DNA from: Candidatus Zixiibacteriota bacterium
GTDB lineage: Bacteria; Zixibacteria; MSB-5A5; UBA10806; 4484-95
Reading direction: 5' to 3'
NCBI GenBank assembly: GCA_029932605.1
Contig: JAOZPT010000001.1
Coordinates: 1-64,000, forward strand
Length of the DNA stretch: 64,000 nt
Positions 56,692 through 64,000 of this stretch are shown in pieces. How positions within the stretch are numbered: position 1 is the first letter of the stretch; each line of letters begins with the position of its first letter. The notes beneath the pieces were generated by a model, which ran no database searches, had not been told where the DNA came from, and saw only the letters and a program-made list of their open reading frames with translations. A program made the position numbers and the translations under genes.

Positions 56692-58246
56692 CGATTCTCA
56701 TACAATCAGGCGTCCGATTATGCTTCTTATAATGGATGGATTTGGTTTGAGCCAATCCGATTATTATAATGCTATAAAAGCCGCTAACACACCGAATTTT
56801 GATAGATTGTGGGCTAAATATCCTCATACGGCCCTGGGCGCTTCAGGATTATCGGTAGGTCTTCCTGATGGCCAGATGGGTAATTCTGAGGTGGGCCATC
56901 TTAATTTAGGTGCTGGGCGAATCGTTTACCAGGAGGTTACCCGTATTGATAAGTCAATCAGCGATGGCAACTTCTTTAACAATCCGGTGCTCGTTAATCT
57001 TATAGATAGACTTAAAAATCAGGATAAACCGCTTCATTTAATGGGTCTTTTATCTGATGGTTGTGTTCATTCATCATTAGATCACCTCTATGCTATACTT
57101 GAACTTTGTCTAAAAGAAGGTTTGAAAAAAGTGTTTATCCATGCTTTTCTTGATGGTCGAGATACTTCCCCATACGGAGGTGCCGATTATATCAACCAGC
57201 TAATCGGGAAATGTAAAGAGATAGGTATCGGCAAGCTAATGACGGTGATCGGTAGGTATTATGCCATGGATCGGGATAAGAGATGGCAGAGGACACAGGT
57301 GGCATATAACCTTATCTGTAAGGGTATCGGGGAAAAAACGGATGATTTTATAAAAACCGTCAAACAGCACTATGACCGGCAAAACACTGATGAGTTTATG
57401 GAACCTTTAATATTCTCAGAAGCCTTAGGAGAAAATGGTCTTGTGCGTTCGGGTGAAGGTGTTATTTTCTTTAATTTCCGTGCCGATCGTGCCCGTCAGT
57501 TATGCCATGCTATAACAGATGATAAGTTTGACAATTTTGTTCGCCGTCCGAAAGTTATCGTGAATCTTGTTTCTCTGACGCATTACGATGATACTTTAAG
57601 GGCGGAGGTGGCTTTTCCCCAGGTAAAATTGGAGAAGATATTACCGGAGGTCATTTCAGAGGCTGGCCTAAAGCATTTGAAAATTGCTGAGACGGAAAAG
57701 TATCCTCATGTTACGTTCTTCTTTAATGGTGGCGTAGAGCGCACTCTTGAGGGTGAGGACAGGGTTTTAATCCCCTCGCCTAAAGTAGCTACATACGATC
57801 TGAAACCGGAGATGTCGGCACTGGAAGTCACCCAGGAGGTTTTAAAACGCATTGAATCTGGCAAGTATGATGTAATCATACTTAACTTTGCCAACTGTGA
57901 TATGGTTGGCCATACTGGTATATTTAAGGCGGCTATTAAGGCAGTTGAGGTAGTAGATAAGGGGTTGGGCGAGGTTGTTAACGCTGTTAGAGACGAAGGC
58001 GGTGTGGTGATGGTTACTGCCGACCATGGTAATGCCGAGGTTATGATGGGAAAAGATGGTAAGCCTTTTACTGCACATACGACCTCGCCGGTACCGTTTA
58101 TTCTCGTAGATGATGAATACAATGGTCCACTTAGAAGCGGCGGGATTTTAGCCGACGTGGCTCCAACCATAATAGAATATCTGGGTTTAAAACAGCCATC
58201 AGTGATGACCGGGGGGTCGCTTATAGAGAAGGTTAAAGTATCTTAG
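56651..58246 (+). CDS. gpmI: 2,3-bisphosphoglycerate-independent phosphoglycerate mutase
   Basis: Motifs GQMGNSEVGH, GRYYAMDRD, NFANCDMVGHTG and TADHGNAE. The true start may be the TTG at about 56684. Confidence 0.96.
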   Translation: MRKGGEEWWLNLVNDSHTIRRPIMLLIMDGFGLSQSDYYNAIKAANTPNFDRLWAKYPHTALGASGLSVGLPDGQMGNSEVGHLNLGAGRIVYQEVTRIDKSISDGNFFNNPVLVNLIDRLKNQDKPLHLMGLLSDGCVHSSLDHLYAILELCLKEGLKKVFIHAFLDGRDTSPYGGADYINQLIGKCKEIGIGKLMTVIGRYYAMDRDKRWQRTQVAYNLICKGIGEKTDDFIKTVKQHYDRQNTDEFMEPLIFSEALGENGLVRSGEGVIFFNFRADRARQLCHAITDDKFDNFVRRPKVIVNLVSLTHYDDTLRAEVAFPQVKLEKILPEVISEAGLKHLKIAETEKYPHVTFFFNGGVERTLEGEDRVLIPSPKVATYDLKPEMSALEVTQEVLKRIESGKYDVIILNFANCDMVGHTGIFKAAIKAVEVVDKGLGEVVNAVRDEGGVVMVTADHGNAEVMMGKDGKPFTAHTTSPVPFILVDDEYNGPLRSGGILADVAPTIIEYLGLKQPSVMTGGSLIEKVKVS

Positions 58247-58257
58247 GGTTAGCCTGA

Positions 58258-59763
58258 GTGGTTATATCCCAAATAAAAAAAAAGGTCTTACTGGCAGCCA
58301 TTTCTGCGCTACTTACAGTATTTGCCTTCCCTCCGTATAAAACCGGTTTTTTTATTTATCTTTCTCCGCTTTTGTTACTATATGCTCTTGATGATATTTC
58401 ATCTAAAACGTCTTTTGTTATTGGTTATATTTGGGGGCTTGTGTTCAATCTTGGCATTTTATACGGCGTATTCTGGGCGACCATTCCCGGAACATTTGGC
58501 ATTCTTGCCATAATGTCTTTACTGCCGGCTATTATTTGCGCTATATACAAGTTCGTCTCCGCCAGGTCGAAAGTTTTAAGTTATATTATGTGGCCCTTGC
58601 TCTGGGTTGCCTGGGATTACCTTCGAACATTAACCCAGCTTAATTTCCCATGGGCGGATTACGGTTACACTCATAGTTATTATCTTGCCATGATTCAAAT
58701 TGCTGAGATATTTGGCGTCTATGGTATTTCACTGATGATACATATTGTCAATATCCTGTTATTTATATCGTTTAAATCAGATGTGATAGTTGTCAGGCGG
58801 CGGATTGCCTTTATAGTAGCGGTATTGTTGCCATGCGCATTTCTGGTTTATGGTTTATTCCGTTTGCCAGGTGAAGCGGAGGATGGCACATTGAAAGTCG
58901 CCATAGCCCAGGGTAATGTTACTCGTGACATAAAATGGAAAAAGGGAGGAGTAGAGTACAGCCTTAACCTATTTTCCCAGATGACTCGCCAAGCAGCGGG
59001 TAAAGGAGCTGATTTGGTTATCTGGCCTGAAACTGCTATCCCGTTTTATTTATTGCATGAACCAAATAAATTAAACCGGGTAAAAAAGCTTGTGGATAGC
59101 GCTGATGTAAGATTGTTGACCGGCACTCCAGAGTATTATAAGGTTGGAAAAAACGAGTATATTTATTTTAATGCTGCGGTTATGATTTCCCCCGCGGAAG
59201 ATTCAATACCTGTTTATGAGAAGATGAAGCTGGTGCCGTTTAGCGAGCGGATACCTTTTTCCGAAAGGTTTAAGAAGCTGAGAGATATTCACCTTGGCCA
59301 GGCGGATTTTTCCCCGGGAAGGTATATGACGATTTTCTCATTTGACGATATTAAATATGCAACCGTGATTTGTTTTGAGTCAGTTTTTCCCGGTTATTGT
59401 GCTGAATTTTGCCGGAAGGGAGCCCAGTTTTTGGTGGTTATCACGAATGACATGTGGTTTGGTCCATCATCGCTTCCATACCAACATGCTCAGATGTCGA
59501 TCTATCGAGCAATAGAAAATCGTCTACCTCTGGTTAGATGTGCTAACACTGGGATATCGATGTTCGTTGATCGATGGGGGAGAGTTTACAATCGCACAAA
59601 GATGTTTGAGAGAAAGCTGATAATGGGTACTATCATACCTGAACAATCTACGAGTATCTATAACCGCGTGGGTGATTTTTTGCCAATTTGTTGTATATTT
59701 GGTAGTATTCTGGTAATTGCCGTTGTGGTTTTTATGAAGGGGAGATATGATGGGAAATTTTAA
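58258..59763 (+). CDS. lnt: Apolipoprotein N-acyltransferase
   Basis: TM domain plus nitrilase-fold triad motifs WPETA, K..LVPF.E and ICFES; RAIENR. Confidence 0.95.
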   Translation: MVISQIKKKVLLAAISALLTVFAFPPYKTGFFIYLSPLLLLYALDDISSKTSFVIGYIWGLVFNLGILYGVFWATIPGTFGILAIMSLLPAIICAIYKFVSARSKVLSYIMWPLLWVAWDYLRTLTQLNFPWADYGYTHSYYLAMIQIAEIFGVYGISLMIHIVNILLFISFKSDVIVVRRRIAFIVAVLLPCAFLVYGLFRLPGEAEDGTLKVAIAQGNVTRDIKWKKGGVEYSLNLFSQMTRQAAGKGADLVIWPETAIPFYLLHEPNKLNRVKKLVDSADVRLLTGTPEYYKVGKNEYIYFNAAVMISPAEDSIPVYEKMKLVPFSERIPFSERFKKLRDIHLGQADFSPGRYMTIFSFDDIKYATVICFESVFPGYCAEFCRKGAQFLVVITNDMWFGPSSLPYQHAQMSIYRAIENRLPLVRCANTGISMFVDRWGRVYNRTKMFERKLIMGTIIPEQSTSIYNRVGDFLPICCIFGSILVIAVVVFMKGRYDGKF

Positions 59764-61966
59764 GTATAATATGGTTTTGGCATTGATATTATTAAGTTTT
59801 TTATTAGGCTCTTCGCTTCTTTTTTCCGCTATTGGCGATTGGCAAAGTTTTACTTATTCTGATGATAGCAAAGATATCATAGCCGATAGTCAATTTGTAT
59901 GGTGTGCTACTACCGGAGGTTTGATAAGGTGTGATATCGAGACTGGGGAGCTTAAGAAGTTTCTGAACTCCGATGGTTTGGGTGATATTGAACTCTGGTC
60001 GGTTGAAATAGATACTGCTGGTGCCTTATTTGCCGGAGGCAGTAATGGGACGATTACTAAGATTGCAACCGATGGAGAGATAACCGTTTATGATTTTGAA
60101 TACGACCCGGAGGTCCATTATGGCATTTTGGATATGGTCACTGATGGAGAAAAGTTATGGGTGGCTACCGAGGTCTGTGTGGCTGAATTTCTTATATATC
60201 ACTATGGAGGAGAGTTCAGAGATAAAGCGGTTCAGCTTGGTGAAATTCCACGGGGCATTCCCGTTAATACTGTTCAGATTGTTGGTGATTATTTATGGGC
60301 TGGTACTGACAGCGGTGTAGCCTTTATCGACAAAGATAACTATCTTCCTCAAGACCCGCAGAACTGGCGTTCCTATCGTCTTGATGAAAATGGTTTGACC
60401 GATGCCAGTATACATTCAATAACTTCTGTTGCGGATACCGTATTCATTGGCACAGGTGATGGTGTGTTTATGTTCGGGCAGGATTCAGTCTGGTATAATA
60501 TTGGTCCCATTTCTGGGGTGATTTATGCTCTGGAAAATTTCGGTGAAGAGCTCTATGCTGCAACCAACAACGGTATTTACCATCGTTACTTATCGGGTTG
60601 GGAGCTTTTACCCAATGATGGATTATTGAGTATCCAAGCTCGAGGGCTGGCTAAGGATAACCGAGGAGATATCTGGGCAGCTTTTCATCAGGGTGGGTTT
60701 TCTATGTATAACCAAACATCCTGGGATGTTTTTACTGTTCCGGGACCGGCGACAAACTTCATAATTGATATAGCCATCGACTCATCGAGAAATGTCTGGT
60801 TAGCTCATACCGTACCTGGTTATCTCTGTCTTGAGGGTGTTTCCAAATTTGATGGTTCAAATTGGTATATATATAATAGTTCAAATTCGGGAATCGGCAA
60901 TAATGGAGCTGTTGCAGTTGAATACGATGTTTTCCATGACCTTGTCTGGTTTGGTAGCTGGGGTGATGGTCTCTTCGGCTTTGACGGTGACACGCTTTGG
61001 GTAAATTACGATGAGACCAATAGTCCTTACAGGGGCTTGGTTGATGATACTTTTTATGTTGCCATCCCCGATATAGCTATTGATGAGCGAGGAAATATCT
61101 GGGGATTAAATCTCAAGGCGGCAAATCCTGAAGTTGTTATGGCCGTGTTTGACCCTGATGATTCTGTTTGGCTGGCTTATTATGAGAATCCTCAAGAGCA
61201 AATCCACAGGAATTATCAATTTGTAATGCATATAAATGATAATAATGTTTATGTTGGCGGTGAGTATGTATACCGTCTGGATTTTGGATATAATTCTACT
61301 GATACTACTGATGACGAGTGGTTTGATGCGTTGGTTAAGATTGTCGATGTCTCGGCTTTGGCTTTTGATCAATCGGGGAGACTTTTTGTTGGTAGCGCCT
61401 CCGGTTTGATTTACTACGATTTCTTATTTGGCGATACTTTTACGGTAGAGCTTCCCGATGGTTACCGTAGTTCGGTTAATACGATAGAAATCGATGGACT
61501 GGGTAACAAATGGATTGGCACCGATTCGGGGATTGTGGTATTAGCGAAAAATAATATAGCCTGGATAGATAGCTTCAAAACCTCAAATTCTTACCTTTTA
61601 GAAAATGAGGTTCAGGAGATAGAAATCGACAAAACGACCGGCATTGTTTATGTTGGCACATCAAGGGGGCTTTCGATCTATGAATCGGGTTATGCTGCGG
61701 CATCGCCTGATTTGGAGGATATGGATGTTTATCCAAATCCCGTAAAACCAGATGATAACAGAGTTAATTTTTTGCGTGTGCCTGCAGATGCCGAAATATT
61801 TATCTACACCACCGCCGGTGAATTAGTCAGGAGGTTTAAATATGAGAACACGAACTACTGGGATTTACTCAACGAGGGGAGACAAAAAGTTGCAGCCGGT
61901 ATATACATTTTTTATGTTCGGTCTGGCCAACGATCGGGAACCGGCAAGATTGCTGTAATAAGATAA
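59747..61966 (+). CDS. PorZ-like secreted beta-propeller protein with a C-terminal sorting domain
   Basis: Repeated IAID..GN.W.GT..G propeller blades, GNKWIGT, and C-terminal VYPNPV...IYTTAGELV...AAGIYIF...GKIAVIR. Confidence 0.75.
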   Translation: MMGNFKYNMVLALILLSFLLGSSLLFSAIGDWQSFTYSDDSKDIIADSQFVWCATTGGLIRCDIETGELKKFLNSDGLGDIELWSVEIDTAGALFAGGSNGTITKIATDGEITVYDFEYDPEVHYGILDMVTDGEKLWVATEVCVAEFLIYHYGGEFRDKAVQLGEIPRGIPVNTVQIVGDYLWAGTDSGVAFIDKDNYLPQDPQNWRSYRLDENGLTDASIHSITSVADTVFIGTGDGVFMFGQDSVWYNIGPISGVIYALENFGEELYAATNNGIYHRYLSGWELLPNDGLLSIQARGLAKDNRGDIWAAFHQGGFSMYNQTSWDVFTVPGPATNFIIDIAIDSSRNVWLAHTVPGYLCLEGVSKFDGSNWYIYNSSNSGIGNNGAVAVEYDVFHDLVWFGSWGDGLFGFDGDTLWVNYDETNSPYRGLVDDTFYVAIPDIAIDERGNIWGLNLKAANPEVVMAVFDPDDSVWLAYYENPQEQIHRNYQFVMHINDNNVYVGGEYVYRLDFGYNSTDTTDDEWFDALVKIVDVSALAFDQSGRLFVGSASGLIYYDFLFGDTFTVELPDGYRSSVNTIEIDGLGNKWIGTDSGIVVLAKNNIAWIDSFKTSNSYLLENEVQEIEIDKTTGIVYVGTSRGLSIYESGYAAASPDLEDMDVYPNPVKPDDNRVNFLRVPADAEIFIYTTAGELVRRFKYENTNYWDLLNEGRQKVAAGIYIFYVRSGQRSGTGKIAVIR

Positions 61967-61968
61967 TT

Positions 61969-62931
61969 TTGCCAGAGCTTGAGATAATAAAAGCGGATAA
62001 GACCCAATATCGAAACTGGGTTACTTCGGAACAACTTGATTTTTCAGGCTCGATATTTTATCACCCCGATTTTCTGGAGGTCGCCGCTGATATTTTAAAC
62101 CTGCAGTTTAAACCGCTTATTTGCCTGTCATCGGGGAAGTTAACTGGTATCGTAAACCTCCTTATCGGCAACAGATTTAATGTCAAAACCGCTCTGATAC
62201 CAAGGCTTTTCCAATATTATGGACCTGTGGCTATTGCCGGTAATACCGACGTCTTTGAATACGTAACAAAAACAATCGAGAATGAAATTGACACGGCTGT
62301 TTTTTCTATCAGGCCGGAGGAAAGTTTAAAGCCTGATTTGTGCGGTTGGCATTTAAAAAATCGACTGACCTATTATCTTAGACCGGATACATTTGAAAAT
62401 ATGAAAAGCGATTGTTTTCCTGATGTAAAAAATAAAATCAATAAGGCTGTAAAGGTTGGAATCAAGGTTGAGAACATCTCGCAATTTCCATATGAAATTT
62501 ATCAGGCAAGCTTCAAAAGACAAAGAGCCACACCCCCTCTTGGAAAAGAGCTTTTGTCAGTTTGGGTGGAGCGTTTAACGAATTTGAATCTGGCCGCAAC
62601 TTTTATCGCTGTCTTTGAGGGCAAACCAGTGTCCTTCAGGACCCAGCTTGTTTGGGGTGGTTATGCTTATGATTGGTTGGCGGGAGCTTATCCTGATTAT
62701 AATCATCTCGGTGTAAATCAACTTCTAATTTTGAAAATCGGTGAACAGTTTTATCGCAAAAGTGTTAAAAATTGGGACCTGCTTGGTGGAGATATTAAAT
62801 CGATAGCTGGTTTTAAAAGATCTTTTGGCTCAATCCCCAAAACACATGTTCAGCTTGAAAAAAATTTCAGTATGAAAGGCAGAATTTACCGCTTGTTGAT
62901 GAGGTTGAAAGCGGGTTTGAGACGTTTTTAG
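61969..62931 (+). CDS. GNAT/FemAB-like acyl(aminoacyl)transferase
   Basis: Motifs KINKAVKVG, AYDWLAG and DLLG....I..FKRSFG. Confidence 0.75.
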   Translation: MPELEIIKADKTQYRNWVTSEQLDFSGSIFYHPDFLEVAADILNLQFKPLICLSSGKLTGIVNLLIGNRFNVKTALIPRLFQYYGPVAIAGNTDVFEYVTKTIENEIDTAVFSIRPEESLKPDLCGWHLKNRLTYYLRPDTFENMKSDCFPDVKNKINKAVKVGIKVENISQFPYEIYQASFKRQRATPPLGKELLSVWVERLTNLNLAATFIAVFEGKPVSFRTQLVWGGYAYDWLAGAYPDYNHLGVNQLLILKIGEQFYRKSVKNWDLLGGDIKSIAGFKRSFGSIPKTHVQLEKNFSMKGRIYRLLMRLKAGLRRF

Positions 62932-62935
62932 TTTT

Positions 62936-64000
62936 ATGTTTAAGCTGACCTGCAGTTTTTATTGCCCACCTCGGGCTGAAAAGATAGCAATATACATGCT
63001 CAATTTGATTGCTTCAGTAACTGGCATTCGTTTTCGGCGAGTTAACGGTCAGGCTGATATCGTTTATGGTGGGGTATCTAATAGTAATTCTTTTTATATA
63101 CCGTATAGGGAAACGGATAAAAGATTCGTCCATGGTGATATCGACAGCTGGTATCTACACGAGGATGGTGAGCTTAGGATTGCGTTGCCGAAGAGTATTA
63201 AAAAGATAAATATCCATAATAATGAAATTGATTTTGATATTTTTTCGGTGATGTTCAATTTTTTACAGACAGCACTTTCTGTTCATAACAAACATTTAGA
63301 ATTTTTTCGGAAGTTCAAAAATGACGACATATTTATTCCGCCTGTTTTTGATGATTACATCAGTTATTTTTTGCAGGTTTTAAAATCATGCCAGAAACTT
63401 CCCAATGATTTTAAGAGAAAATCACCCTGGCCAGAGGAGGCCGATTTTGCTCTGGGTATAAGCCATGATATCGATATTTTTAAAAGAAAGATTCCCGGAA
63501 GCGTGGCCATGTTGATGAAATCCTTGTTCTCAAATGAAGTCCCTGGAGGAGTAAGGGGTTCATTGAAAGGCCTTTTTAAATCTGTATCAACAGCTTTGAC
63601 AGGCGAGACAAATCCCTATAGTGCAATTGAAAAATGGTTTGATATTGAGAGTGAAAATACATTTTTTATTCATGCCGGGGTTAGGAGGTCGGTTGAGGAC
63701 CCGACCTATGCTCCTGAGGATATCCGGAGAGTTCTGGTGGGATTAGGTATGGACGGTATTGAGATCGGGTTACACAACAGCATTGGTTCCTGGACAGATA
63801 AAGAAGATTTAAAAGAGCAAAAAGATAGGCTGATGAATATTTTCAATACAGAGATAGAGGGGATCCGCCCTCACTATCTTGATTGTCGGTATCCGGATTA
63901 TTGGAGAAACGCTGAGTCATTTAAGTATTCGTCATCGGTTGGTTCGGATGCCATTGCTGGTTTTACCTGCGGTATCAATTTTCCATTTTTTGGTTTCGAT
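62936..64000 (+). CDS. Polysaccharide deacetylase family protein (partial, runs off the window)
   Basis: Open frame from the ATG at 62936 to the window end, read by hand; motifs FALGISHDID, EIGLH and GIRPHYL. Confidence 0.8.
   Translation, partial: MFKLTCSFYCPPRAEKIAIYMLNLIASVTGIRFRRVNGQADIVYGGVSNSNSFYIPYRETDKRFVHGDIDSWYLHEDGELRIALPKSIKKINIHNNEIDFDIFSVMFNFLQTALSVHNKHLEFFRKFKNDDIFIPPVFDDYISYFLQVLKSCQKLPNDFKRKSPWPEEADFALGISHDIDIFKRKIPGSVAMLMKSLFSNEVPGGVRGSLKGLFKSVSTALTGETNPYSAIEKWFDIESENTFFIHAGVRRSVEDPTYAPEDIRRVLVGLGMDGIEIGLHNSIGSWTDKEDLKEQKDRLMNIFNTEIEGIRPHYLDCRYPDYWRNAESFKYSSSVGSDAIAGFTCGINFPFFGFD

Noticed and set aside
294..61372. Numerous 60-170-aa ORFs antisense to or nested in confident genes (e.g. 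24433-24939, 14055-14534, 57706-58170)
   Set aside because: They are shadow ORFs of well-supported CDSs, with no RBS or family motifs.

Overview
A 64-kb, gene-dense bacterial chromosomal window, mostly housekeeping. The organism is a diderm: it encodes a TonB-dependent receptor, Lnt, PorV-like and PorZ-like proteins, and proteins with C-terminal 'YPNPF/V' sorting domains. That content suggests the FCB group or candidate Zixibacteria, which is an inference only. Recognisable genes include ktrAB, tsaD, a TPP riboswitch leading a TonB receptor plus Na+/solute symporter, a wzx / NTP-transferase / TagF-like polyol-phosphate glycan cassette, tRNA-Glu(CTC), a pckA-fba-pgi-glgP operon, a deoxyhypusine-synthase-like gene, hutU, valS, priA, purM, gpmI and lnt. 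No prophage, CRISPR array or intact transposon is seen; there is a decayed IS4-type transposase and a duplicated cluster of GTAG-type REP palindromes. The most unusual item is an orphan LeuC/aconitase-like protein (44575-46176). It keeps its three Fe-S cysteines, has lost its substrate/catalytic motifs and carries two tandem N-terminal HTH repeats, so it is a candidate Fe-S-sensing pseudoenzyme regulator. Other candidates: a tandem pair of Roadblock-like proteins; unannotated small ORFs with promoters, RBSs or terminators around the NYN gene; a UbiA-DUF362-SMR lipid-linked pentose module; a histone-H1-like/SWIB fusion; a sigma54 promoter on the porV-like gene; and a structured RNA candidate behind the tRNA. 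All family calls come from motif recognition by eye; no database search was run.
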